Of a DNA stretch of 60,174 nucleotides, positions 36,112 to 45,438 are shown one piece after another; the first letter of the stretch is position 1, and each line of letters starts with the position of its first letter. Below the pieces are notes generated by a model, which saw only the letters and a list, made by a program, of their open reading frames with translations, was not told where the DNA came from and searched no databases. A program made the position numbers and the translations under genes. The stretch is from an uncultured Dehalococcoidia bacterium (GTDB lineage Bacteria; Chloroflexota; Dehalococcoidia; SM23-28-2): contig CAZEJO010000008.1 in assembly GCA_964512285.1 (NCBI GenBank), positions 1 through 60,174 on the forward strand. The letters are read 5' to 3'.

Positions 36112-39100
36112 TTATCGTTTTCGCCGGCTGGCTGCGCGGGCAGCTACCAGCGGCCTGTCTGCGCTCGCTGATTTTGCGGAGACTGCCCGCTTCTGGCCTC
36201 GTCTCTTGACCATCGCTAGAAATGCCTTTACCACCACAGGATCAAACTGAGTACCAGCACCGCGCTCTATCACAGCCATGGCTTCCTCTTTGCTCTCGGC
36301 CTTGCGATAGGCTCGCTCGTGCGTGAGGGCGTCAAACACATCCAGCACGCTGAGGATGCGCGCCTCGAGCGGGATGTCTTCGCCAGCCAGGCCGTCGGGG
36401 TAGCCGGCGCCGTCAAAGCGCTCATGGTGGTGCCGAACGATCGGAACCAACCGTTCGAAGCCCTTGACCTGGGAGACGAGGGTGGCCCCGACGACGGGGT
36501 GGTCTTTGATGTTGGCGAATTCCCTTTCGGTCAGCTTGCCAGGCTTGTTGAGGATGCCCTCGCTGACGGTGACCTTGCCAATGTCGTGCAGAAGGGCAGC
36601 GATGCGAATGTCCGTCACTCGTTCGGGAGAAAGCCCCATCTCCTCGGCGAGGGCCACGCCCTGCTCGCTCATGCGTTCAGGGTGTCCGCGGATGTACCGG
36701 TCCTTGATCTCGGCCGCTGCGCCTACGGTGGCAAGGACTTGCAGGTCCGGGTCTTCAAGAGCTTGAGCAACGCCGGCATCCTTCAGCGCCACAGCAATGG
36801 AACTGGCGACGCTGGACACGATCCTCGCCTGCTGCTCATGCAGGGCCTCGGGTCGGAAGGCGGCTCCGCGTGCTGAACCTGCGGCCCCGCCTTGCCGGCT
36901 GACCAAGGCGGAGACCAATGACTGGATGTCCTCTCTCTGGCCCATGATGTCACGAGCCCGTGCTACCCACTTGGCGTTGTACAGGGTAGCGTCTGCTATT
37001 CTCACCAACTCGTCCGCAGTTGCTCCGTCATCGGGGAAGCAAGCCACGCCGGCGGTGAGAGCCAGGCGATTTGCACCATCGCCGTCCATCTGTTTGAGTC
37101 TCTTAGCGATGCGCTTATTCATGCGGTCAACTGCGGTCTCTGCCTTTGATGGGTCGGCGTGCGGCAGTATCGCCGCGAACTCGTCGCCACCGTAGCGGAA
37201 GGCGATGTCTGAGCGGCGCAGACCCGCCTGGATGCAGTCAGCCACGAGGCACAGCATTTCGTCGCCCACCTGGTGCCCACGGGACTCGTTGAAACGCTTG
37301 AAGTCGTCGACGTCCATCAGCAGCAGGGCGAAACTGTGATCGTACCGCTTGGATCGGTCTATCTCCTCAGCCAGGCGCTGGTAGAAGTAGGTGTGGTCAT
37401 AGAGGCCGGTGAGGCTGTCGGTGATGGCTCTCAGCTCCAACTCGCTGTGGAGCCTCTCTCGTTCCTCTTCCGCCCGCTTGTGCTCGCTGATGTCCACGAA
37501 TGAACCCATGATGCAAAGAGGTTTGCCAGCCGCGTCTATGACCGTAGTTGCGGAAAGCTGAACATCGAACGTTGAACCGTCTTTCTTCGCAGCAACTAGT
37601 TCGCCTAGCCACCCCCCCCTATCACGCAACGCTCTTCCCACCTCGCGAGCTTTCTCTTTGGCCTGCCAGAATTCTGTAACATGCTTTCCCAGTAACTCGC
37701 TGGCATGGTCATATCCCCACATTTTCAGCAAGGAAGGATTCACGTAGGTCATGTTACCTTCAGAGTCAGCCAAGGCGATGCCATTGATGGATGCTTCTAT
37801 GGCACAATCCTTTGTCCTCAACGCCTCCTCTGCCCGTTTGCGCTCGCTGATGTCTCTCATCACGGCGGTGAAGGCTTGGGGCCTCCCTTGCGCGTCCACG
37901 ACGGACGAGGCGCTCAACTCGGCGGCGAAAGAGGTGCCATCTTTTCTGAGGAGAGTGTATTCAGCGTTTCGAGTAGTCCCCGTTTCCAGCGTCCTCTGCA
38001 TATTCTCTACTGCGCGCTGCCGGTCTTCGGGAGCAATGAACTCCAGGGAATTTCTGCCGATCAGTTCTTCCGCGTTGTCGTACCGGAGTAGCATCACGGC
38101 CTGGTGGTTGACCATGATGATATTGGTGTTCAGGTCGCTCAGTATGATGGCGTCGGGAGAGGTTTCAACCAGACTGCGGTAGCGCTCCTCGCTCTCCCGC
38201 AGTGCTTCCTCTGCCTGCTTGCGTTCGCTGATGTCGCGTGTGATGCCCAGGATGCCCACGGGCTTGCCGTCTGGGTCGCGCAGGAACTTCATGTTCATCT
38301 CGGTCCAGATGGTGGAGCCGTCCTTGCAGTACATCTCGAGCTCCAGCGTCCGCGACCGGCGCGGGTCGCCCCGCTCCGGCCTTTTCATGGTCAGCTCTTC
38401 TGCTAGAGTCTTCCTGGCAACCTCAATGGAGGCAGGAGTCATGGTTTCTGTGATCGAGGCGCCCATCATTTCCTCAACGGTATAGCCGCGCATATGCTTG
38501 ATGGAGGGACTCATATAGGTGTATCTCAGGTCTAGGTCCACGGTCCAGATGAGGTCTGAGGTGTTCTCGGCAAGTAGACGGTAGCGTTCCTCGCTCTCCC
38601 GCAGCGCTTCCTCCGCCCGCTTGCGCTCACTGACGTCACGGCCAATACCTAGTACCAGAGTCTGGTCTCCGATCTTTACCGGGAATCCCCTCGTTTCCAC
38701 TGCAACGTGCTTGCCGTCTTTCCGGATTAGGGTGAACTCGTCCGGCCCAGCGGGTGCCCCCTGTACAAGTTTGGCCACGGTCGCAGCCGCTTCTGACAGT
38801 TGCTCTCGAGGAAGCAGGTTCGACTCCAGCAAGTTCTTTCCAATCAGTTCCTCTTTCTTATAACCGGTTAACTCCTCTGCGGCTCTATTGGCGTCGACGA
38901 AGTTGCCCCGTAAGTCATGCAAGTAGTAGGCATCCGGTGCAAATTCGAATAGTATCCTTAGCCGCTCCTCCGAGCTTGCCAGCGCTTCCTCCGCCTGCTT
39001 GCGGTCGGTAATGTCTCGGCCGGTAATCTGGACTCCGGCGTATTGGCCTTCGTCATCGAAGAGGGGATAGCCGTCCCATTCCACCACTCTCACTCCCATC

Positions 39101-40059
39101 GGCGTGACCTGGCGATTCACGAACCGCCTTGTTGGCCCCCTCTTCGCTTTTGTCTCTCGGATCACCTGGGCAGTTGACTCTATGTCGTCGGGATGGAGGG
39201 AAGCTGTGGAGTCGGTACTGAGCAGTTCCTCTCTCGTCTTTCCATAGAATTGGCAGGCGGCGTCGTTGAGGAAGGTCCAGTTGCCGTGCTTATCCAGCTT
39301 CACGATGATGTCGCCGGTCAGGTTGGTGGTATCGATGTATTCTTGCGTCTTAGCCGATAGGGCATCCGTCATCCGCTTGCGCTCGGCCAGGTGCTCAAGC
39401 CAATGGTGTAGCTGCGCGGCCGAGGGGTCATCGCTGAGGGAATCGGATGGGTTCACGTAGTAGAAGTTGTCGTAGACCATTGTACCAACAACGGCGATAG
39501 GGTGAGTACACAGCACGTCCAAGAGCATCGCTGGGGTGAAGGCTCGCTGGTCGTACTGGCAGATGGCCAGGCAGTTGCTGCCGGGGAAAAACTTGTTCAG
39601 CTTGGCTTCGTACTCGATCAGCCGTTCGGAGCCGGCTAGCCCCCGCAGCGCCCAGCTCATCTCACCGGTGACGCGCAGAGCCGAGTAGCCCTGGGCCAGG
39701 GCCCGGTCCATCTCGGTCCGCAGCAGGGCGATCATCCCGTCCGGGTCAAAGACGCCCCGCTGCATGTAGCTTTCGTCGTGGGTGAGAATCGCTAGTTGCC
39801 CGCGGGCCAGGTAGGATTCGACATGCAGCCCGTCGTCTCGCAAATAGTCCAGGATGGCCTCGGCGGTGTGGGCATCGACGATGTAGAGCACCTTCTCGCC
39901 CCGCTCCAGCCCTTGGCGCAGGAAGGACGTGAGCACGGTCCGATGCTCTTCTTCGGTCTTGTAGAGACAACAGGCGTGATCGCCTGGGCCTAGCTCCGCT
40001 ATGGTGCGTGGATAGTGAGTATCCAGCGTGGCCTTTCTTGGCCTGGCGCTATCTGACAA
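36112..40059 (-). CDS. MEDS - 5xPAS - GGDEF - HD-GYP c-di-GMP signalling protein
   Basis: GDHACCLY..GL..GE, GEMSWAL, CQYD (MEDS); five PAS/PAC units ending in DI(T/S)/DVS; RRSD I-site with RYGGDEF; HDIGK and HHERFDGAGYP. Confidence 0.92.
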   Translation of the reverse strand: MSDSARPRKATLDTHYPRTIAELGPGDHACCLYKTEEEHRTVLTSFLRQGLERGEKVLYIVDAHTAEAILDYLRDDGLHVESYLARGQLAILTHDESYMQRGVFDPDGMIALLRTEMDRALAQGYSALRVTGEMSWALRGLAGSERLIEYEAKLNKFFPGSNCLAICQYDQRAFTPAMLLDVLCTHPIAVVGTMVYDNFYYVNPSDSLSDDPSAAQLHHWLEHLAERKRMTDALSAKTQEYIDTTNLTGDIIVKLDKHGNWTFLNDAACQFYGKTREELLSTDSTASLHPDDIESTAQVIRETKAKRGPTRRFVNRQVTPMGVRVVEWDGYPLFDDEGQYAGVQITGRDITDRKQAEEALASSEERLRILFEFAPDAYYLHDLRGNFVDANRAAEELTGYKKEELIGKNLLESNLLPREQLSEAAATVAKLVQGAPAGPDEFTLIRKDGKHVAVETRGFPVKIGDQTLVLGIGRDVSERKRAEEALRESEERYRLLAENTSDLIWTVDLDLRYTYMSPSIKHMRGYTVEEMMGASITETMTPASIEVARKTLAEELTMKRPERGDPRRSRTLELEMYCKDGSTIWTEMNMKFLRDPDGKPVGILGITRDISERKQAEEALRESEERYRSLVETSPDAIILSDLNTNIIMVNHQAVMLLRYDNAEELIGRNSLEFIAPEDRQRAVENMQRTLETGTTRNAEYTLLRKDGTSFAAELSASSVVDAQGRPQAFTAVMRDISERKRAEEALRTKDCAIEASINGIALADSEGNMTYVNPSLLKMWGYDHASELLGKHVTEFWQAKEKAREVGRALRDRGGWLGELVAAKKDGSTFDVQLSATTVIDAAGKPLCIMGSFVDISEHKRAEEERERLHSELELRAITDSLTGLYDHTYFYQRLAEEIDRSKRYDHSFALLLMDVDDFKRFNESRGHQVGDEMLCLVADCIQAGLRRSDIAFRYGGDEFAAILPHADPSKAETAVDRMNKRIAKRLKQMDGDGANRLALTAGVACFPDDGATADELVRIADATLYNAKWVARARDIMGQREDIQSLVSALVSRQGGAAGSARGAAFRPEALHEQQARIVSSVASSIAVALKDAGVAQALEDPDLQVLATVGAAAEIKDRYIRGHPERMSEQGVALAEEMGLSPERVTDIRIAALLHDIGKVTVSEGILNKPGKLTEREFANIKDHPVVGATLVSQVKGFERLVPIVRHHHERFDGAGYPDGLAGEDIPLEARILSVLDVFDALTHERAYRKAESKEEAMAVIERGAGTQFDPVVVKAFLAMVKRRGQKRAVSAKSASADRPLVAARAASRRKR

Positions 40060-40583
40060 GATTGGGCTCCCCCTGGTCTGAAAGCAGCGTCGTGGGTGCT
40101 AGTCCTCCTTCGAGATAGGGTCTGACTAGGGCCGATTTGCCAATGGGGAGGCAGCGCCGGGGGCCGTTTGGCCTTCGCGGGGTGTGCTGGGGGAGTGCCC
40201 AGCAAGCCCGTCGTGAGGCGGCTGCGCGCTTTCAGCTGGAGGCCGCGTTTGCTCTTGTCTCCACTATGTAGGACGCTTGGGAGGGAAATCGGTTACAGGC
40301 TTTGGCGCCCGGCGGGAGATGATCTGGGGTGGCGTAGGGAGCCAGTGTGCAACAGTGGGCATGTCCAGGCGTCTATATCCTGTGGGAAGGAGTGATCTCG
40401 TAGGCGTCAGTCTACGGTGATCGTTTCGCCATCGGTAGCGACCGACCCCGCGGTCTGACCGCGATGCTGAGTGGGCCCTTGGGAGATGCTCTCTCCACGG
40501 GGCACCACCGCCAGGCACCGGCTCCCAGCCGTGGACACTCTCCCTACTGAAAGGCCGTTCGATAGGCTGCTGGAGGAGGTGCC

Positions 40584-42014
40584 GTGATCGCAAGATTTGC
40601 CGCTGTCTCCGCGTTGCTGAGATTTGTTGGGACAGGCATTAGGGGCGTTTGGCGGTGGGTGACGGGCTACGCTTTCGCATGGCAGTTCACCCTGCAGTTC
40701 ACCCTGGTGTTCGCCCTGATCAGCCTCGTGCTGGTCAGCCTCACCGGCCTTGGTCTCAGTAGTTATCTGGCCAGCTCTATTAAGGAGGGCGAGATCGATG
40801 ATGCGGCCGAGCACGCTGGGGAGCAGGTATCTCGACTCGTCATGACTCGTCTGTCGCCGGGGCAGGCTATTACACCCCTGACGGGGGAGCAGTACGCTGA
40901 GATCGACACCTTCGTCCAGAGTGAAATCGTGTCGGCCGACACGGTTCGGGTGAGGCTCTGGGGGCAGGATGGTACCCTGCTGTATTCATCGGACAGTCCA
41001 GGCCAGATTGGACAGGACTTTGCCCTTGATCAGAGGCTAGCGGCCGCCTTCAGCGGCAGCATTGCCTCTCAGGTGGCGGATAGCTCAGATGATCTGGGGG
41101 GTCCTGCCAGCGTGGACTCCGGCTCGGTGCTGGCGGTCTATGCTCCTCTGGCCTTTGAAGGTGAGGCCGATGTGGCGGCTGCCGTGGAGGTACATCAGGT
41201 CTACGGCCCCATCGCCGACCGTATCGAGAGTTCACAGACGGTTGTCTACATAGCGGTGGCTGGTGCCTTGGGCTTCTTGTATGCGGTCCTTTTGGTCATC
41301 GTCGGGCGGGGCTCTGCCATCATGGGCAGGCAGAGGCGCCAGATGATGTTCCGTAGCCAGGAGCTGAAGCGTAGCCACGATTCGCTGCTGCAGATTCTAT
41401 CCGCTGCCCTGGACCTGCGGGATCAGGCGACCAAAGGGCATACCCTGCGGCTAGCGCGTCTGGCTATGGCTATAGGGGGTGAGCTTGGCTTCTCTGATGA
41501 GGAGCTGAGTCACCTGGAGCAAGCGGCGATGCTTCACAATATGACCAAGTTGGAGTTGCCGAGGACGATTCTAGTCAAGCCTGGCCCGCTGACGGACGAC
41601 GAGTGGTATAAGATGCAGAGGCATCCGGAGGTGGGCTACGAGATGGTGAGGGATGCCCCCTTCCTTCAGGAGGCGGGGCAGATCATTCTTAATCACCACG
41701 AGCGATATGACGGCGGGGGATATCCTCGCGGTCTCGTAGGGGAGAAGATACCCCTGGCGGCGCGCGTACTCGCTGTGGCTGATACGTACGATGCCATGAT
41801 CTCCGATCGTCCCTATCGCAAGGCAGTGTCCCATGCCGCTGCTGTGAGAGAGATCGAGGAGAGCGCCGGCAAACAGTTCGACGCTAAGGTGGTAGAGGCT
41901 TTTCTGGAGGCCAACCGCAAAGGGTTGATTGAGGACAAGGCCTTCCCGCAGGAGCAGGACGAGGAGGCGGCGGTCGCCGGTCTGGTGGCACCAGGGGCGT
42001 CGGAGGAAGCCTGA
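40584..42014 (+). CDS. Membrane-anchored HD-GYP domain protein with degenerate HD motif
   Basis: Two TMs around an extracytoplasmic domain; T.GHT.R, LHNMTK (HD to HN), HHERYDGGGYP, AVADTYDAM.SDRPYR. Confidence 0.85.
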   Translation: MIARFAAVSALLRFVGTGIRGVWRWVTGYAFAWQFTLQFTLVFALISLVLVSLTGLGLSSYLASSIKEGEIDDAAEHAGEQVSRLVMTRLSPGQAITPLTGEQYAEIDTFVQSEIVSADTVRVRLWGQDGTLLYSSDSPGQIGQDFALDQRLAAAFSGSIASQVADSSDDLGGPASVDSGSVLAVYAPLAFEGEADVAAAVEVHQVYGPIADRIESSQTVVYIAVAGALGFLYAVLLVIVGRGSAIMGRQRRQMMFRSQELKRSHDSLLQILSAALDLRDQATKGHTLRLARLAMAIGGELGFSDEELSHLEQAAMLHNMTKLELPRTILVKPGPLTDDEWYKMQRHPEVGYEMVRDAPFLQEAGQIILNHHERYDGGGYPRGLVGEKIPLAARVLAVADTYDAMISDRPYRKAVSHAAAVREIEESAGKQFDAKVVEAFLEANRKGLIEDKAFPQEQDEEAAVAGLVAPGASEEA

Positions 42015-42440
42015 CCCGGACCGATCTGCCTCGGCATTCTTCACACAAGGTTCAGAGAAAGATTGCCCCATCCTGTCCCTCAAGTTCGGCCCGCCCTAGG
42101 GCATACCGCGTCAAACCCTGAGGCGGTTCGGTGGGGCTGTCGAGGTTGAGTGTGCGATGGGGGGAGCATCAGTGTGATGAACGGCGTGCCAGACGATGCC
42201 GCTGCACTCCAACGCCCTCGTGTAACAGTGCGCCCTCGTGTGCGTCTCCTCCCATGGTGGGAAGTAGACGCCATATCGAAATACCGAAATAGCGAAGGCG
42301 TAGTAGGCTTTCGGGGTCTAGTGAAGGCCTCGCCCCGCAGTGGTAGCTGCGGGCACACCAAGCAGCACGAGCTGTGATCGGAGTCGCGGGGCCCAGCTAG
42401 AAGAACGCCGAATCGCCGGCAGCGGACGACGAAGGATCTG

Positions 42441-42500
42441 ACTCCCGGCGGGCCGCATAGCCAAACAGGGGCTATGTTACCCGCCGGGAGTGTCTTTTTA
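42441..42500 (+). terminator. Long hairpin with U-tract (terminator/attenuator-like)
   Basis: actcccggcggg..gcatagcc-loop-ggctatgt..cccgccgggagt followed by gtcttttta. Confidence 0.6.
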
Positions 42501-42643
42501 GCCACGGCAGAGGTGTCGGGCAAGAGGGACGAGGGTGACAAGCGAGAACCTGACAGATCGTGAGTTGCTCATGTCGCGGGGTGGTGGCGCCGATCGTTCG
42601 GGTGTTCACGGCTCCCACGTGGCTGCCATTCGAGAAGACAAGT

Positions 42644-43030
42644 ATGGTTAGCGACATTCTCTTCGCGATCCTCGTGGTCGGGGATGACGGAAGTGTGGTC
42701 AGGATACCGTGGCTTTCCTTGCGTCGCGCAAGGTCTGGCACTGCCGGCGGCGGGGACTCGAAAGTCCTGGAACAGCAGCCCTCAGACCCGACAATCCAGG
42801 AACTTCAGGTTCCTAACGGCGAGGGAGGAGCGGTTCTGGACTGGCTTCGGCAGGTCAACGAGCGAACAGAGAGTTCGCCTGTCTGGCTGGTCACATCCGC
42901 CCGTGGCACCGAGGAGGCGACTGGCCTTGACGACTCTCGGTGGCGTCGCTCTCTGGCCAGGCCCTTCGAGCCGTGGGATCTGATCGCGATGCTGGAGGAC
43001 CTTCTGCTGGCAAAGGACGGGCCTTACTAG
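42644..43030 (+). CDS. Degenerate stand-alone receiver (REC) domain or pseudogene
   Basis: ILVVGDD, Q-E-L.VPNGEG..VL.WLR, PV.LVTSA and LARPF resemble a receiver fold, but the phospho-Asp and Lys are substituted. Confidence 0.5.
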   Translation: MVSDILFAILVVGDDGSVVRIPWLSLRRARSGTAGGGDSKVLEQQPSDPTIQELQVPNGEGGAVLDWLRQVNERTESSPVWLVTSARGTEEATGLDDSRWRRSLARPFEPWDLIAMLEDLLLAKDGPY

Positions 43031-43067
43031 GCATGGCTGCCCCAAGAGGGAATGGTGGTCTCCCTAT

Positions 43068-44150
43068 CTAGGGGGAGGTTACCTCCACCACCCGCTTGAT
43101 GTCCTGCGATGACCGCTCCAGGGCCTCGGCAAAGCGCTCAATTGGATAGCGGCTGGTGATCATGCGGGAGAGAACGCCCGGCCAGCGGGCCTCGATCTCC
43201 TGCAGGTGGCGGACACCCGCCTCGAAGTGACGGCGGTTAGCGTTCACCGTGCCGAAGACGGCCTTGTTCATCAGCACCATCTCCAGGTTGAGGTGGTCCG
43301 CCGCGATCTGGAGCGTCCTTGAGCCTCCGCTTACGCCGGTGAGACAGACGATGCCGTTGGGGCCGATCATGTCCATGGCGTCGAAGGCGAGAGGGCTGAA
43401 GCCGGTTGCCTCCACGACGATATCCAGAGGCCCGATCTCCCTCTCCAATTCATGACCAAGCGGCCGCTCCTCTGCGCAGATGAAGTTCGCCCCTATCGAT
43501 TCGGTCACGTCGCGCTTGATCTTCTGCTCAGACCGGTTGTAGATGTGAACCTCGACGTTCTCCAGGCGCAGGGCCATCGCAGCCAGAAGACCTATCGTTC
43601 CCGCGCCCAGCACCATCGCTCGCTGGGGCTGCCACACCATACGGGACTGGATCCGCTTGATCTGCTCGACTGCCTTCTCCACGATGGACAGAGGTTCCAG
43701 CAGGACGGCGAACGGCGACAGCTCCTGCGAGACCTCCACCAGGAACTTCGGCGCCTCCACGTAGAGTTCGGCCAGGAACCCGTGGCGTCCCTTGATGCCT
43801 CGCTCCGTGTACTGGCCGTTCAGGCACATGTCCCACTCGTCTGCGGCGCAGTTGCGGCAGGGCACGGGGTCCGGCCGCCGAACGATGGCCACGACCCAGT
43901 CGCCGGGGGAGAGCCCTTCGGCGCCAGCGGTCACCTCTTGGACCTGGCCCAGCGACTCGTGGCCGATGATCAGGTAGTCTTCGCCAGGCGGCGCCTCCCC
44001 GTACTGACCCTCGAGGATCTCGATGTCGGTTCCGTCCAGTCCCACCTGGCGCACCCGGACGAGGACTTCGCCCCGCTGGGGCTGCGGGTCAGGTACCTCT
44101 GCAAGTCGGCCGCTTCCTTGTTCTCTGGGGGTGACAATCACTGCTCTCAT
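43068..44150 (-). CDS. Zn-dependent glucose 1-dehydrogenase (MDR superfamily, archaeal type)
   Basis: GLDGTD, GHESLG, VRRP, ERGIKG.HGF, LLEPLS..EKA, GAGTIG, GTVNA..HF. Start MRAVI at 44150. Confidence 0.87.
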   Translation of the reverse strand: MRAVIVTPREQGSGRLAEVPDPQPQRGEVLVRVRQVGLDGTDIEILEGQYGEAPPGEDYLIIGHESLGQVQEVTAGAEGLSPGDWVVAIVRRPDPVPCRNCAADEWDMCLNGQYTERGIKGRHGFLAELYVEAPKFLVEVSQELSPFAVLLEPLSIVEKAVEQIKRIQSRMVWQPQRAMVLGAGTIGLLAAMALRLENVEVHIYNRSEQKIKRDVTESIGANFICAEERPLGHELEREIGPLDIVVEATGFSPLAFDAMDMIGPNGIVCLTGVSGGSRTLQIAADHLNLEMVLMNKAVFGTVNANRRHFEAGVRHLQEIEARWPGVLSRMITSRYPIERFAEALERSSQDIKRVVEVTSP

Positions 44151-44425
44151 GGTGTGGTCTCCTGACCGCCAGTGTCGAGGGCACGCTTTGGCTATGAGTG
44201 ACAAGATATTAGCACAGCGACGCGCGCCGTCAAGGTTCTGGGCGAGTGCACTCATGCATCGTGACCGGCTCTTTGCCTGGCTGCGATACTGACGCCCTCC
44301 AGCCAGGGCCATATTAGGCGAATAATCCGCGGAAAACTCTGTAACATTCGCTGGCATGGCCCGTCTTTCATTGCAGGCAGAATCTGTTTCAGCCATAACG
44401 TTGGGTCCCCTTCCCTTGGCCGGGG

Positions 44426-44470
44426 AAAAAGTGTCTGCCGGTGGGATACTCCACCGGCAGACACTCTTTT
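44426..44470. terminator. Bidirectional intrinsic terminator
   Basis: aaaa-agtgtctgccggtgg-loop-ccaccggcagacact-ctttt, a 15-bp stem with A/T tracts on both sides. Confidence 0.8.
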
Positions 44471-44506
44471 GCTCAGTGATGATTTAGGCTCTGGCCTTTG
44501 TTTCTC

Positions 44507-45220
44507 TTAAGACGTGGGGCGAATTTTGGCGATCAAGAAGGCAGCGTGGACGGTGTCCAGCTTGCACGTGAGGCGGGGTAGTTGGGGTGGAAGGGGGTAG
44601 TAGCCGGCGAATGTTAGGCGCTCTATCCAGAAGCCGTGATAGTGGCATAGTTCTGCCAAGCCCTGAAAGCTGAAGACGAGCATACGGCTATCGCTCTGAG
44701 AGGGATGGTGCATCGCCTGCAGTGGCTCGGAGGCAACATCCATCTTGGTTTCGTTCGATACGGGCACTGGCACAGCCTCCATTCCTAGGGGCAGGGAGAA
44801 GCGGCTGTGCCAACTGGCCAGGTTGTTGATGGAGAGGATAGCGTAGCCGTCGGGGCGAAGCACCCGTTTGACCTCCTCAAGGAAGAGATCGATGTTGATC
44901 AGGTGCTCGATGATCTGGTCGGCGTGAACGATGTTGAAGAAACAGCTCTTGTAGGGCAGTGGGGCGTTGAGGTCGCTCTTGGTGACGATGACCCCTCGGT
45001 CGGTGGCGTCCTCGATGCGGTCGTAGGCGCAGTCGATGCCGTAGGCCTCCGACACGCGGGCACGGCAGGCAACCTGGACGGTGAACTCGCCATCGCCGCA
45101 GCCGCAGTCTAGAAGGCGGCCGTGGGCGCGGGGTTCAATGACATCCAGGATCGCTTCCTTGTTGGTCCGCTCGCTCTGCCTGTAGACTCTGTGTAGATAC
45201 GCAATTTCTTTCCTTCCCAT
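44507..45220 (-). CDS. Class I SAM-dependent methyltransferase
   Basis: LLDCGCGDG, DLNAPLPY, IIEHL, RVLRPDG. Confidence 0.85.
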   Translation of the reverse strand: MGRKEIAYLHRVYRQSERTNKEAILDVIEPRAHGRLLDCGCGDGEFTVQVACRARVSEAYGIDCAYDRIEDATDRGVIVTKSDLNAPLPYKSCFFNIVHADQIIEHLINIDLFLEEVKRVLRPDGYAILSINNLASWHSRFSLPLGMEAVPVPVSNETKMDVASEPLQAMHHPSQSDSRMLVFSFQGLAELCHYHGFWIERLTFAGYYPLPPQLPRLTCKLDTVHAAFLIAKIRPTS

Positions 45221-45394
45221 GTGAACAGTCAAGAGAATCGCAGCCCTCCTTGTAGCAGACCTCCTGTGCAGGCAGAGGCTGAGGTCATGATCGGCCGTAA
45301 GTCTGACAGTAAGAATGACGGTACGTTGGCTTCGCCTGTTACCGCTCGAAAGTTAAAACTGGCGACGTGTCGCCGTATCTGAACAGGGCGAAGG

Positions 45395-45423
45395 TTGGCT
45401 GTGAGAGACGGGGCGGCTATCAT
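45395..45423 (+). promoter_or_regulatory. Sigma70 promoter, copy 1 of 3
   Basis: TTGGCT-N17-TATCAT; also present at 46826-46854 and 48257-48285. Confidence 0.7.
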
Positions 45424-45438
45424 CTAACCTGTACTGAG

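Noticed and set aside
40280-40355. c-di-GMP-II riboswitch (gagccagtgtgcaac)
   Set aside because: The 3' motif is similar, but the upstream GCAC pseudoknot partner and stems are missing.
40360-40530. ZTP riboswitch on the minus strand (gtgcctggcg ... cgcctggaca)
   Set aside because: The P3 stem cannot form, and the downstream gene is unrelated to purine or folate metabolism.
45295-45304. 10-mer cgtaagtctg matching the reverse complement of 11461-11470; also acgagggcgcac shared between about 42230 and the MFS junctions
   Set aside because: Too short to distinguish from chance, and the similarity does not extend.
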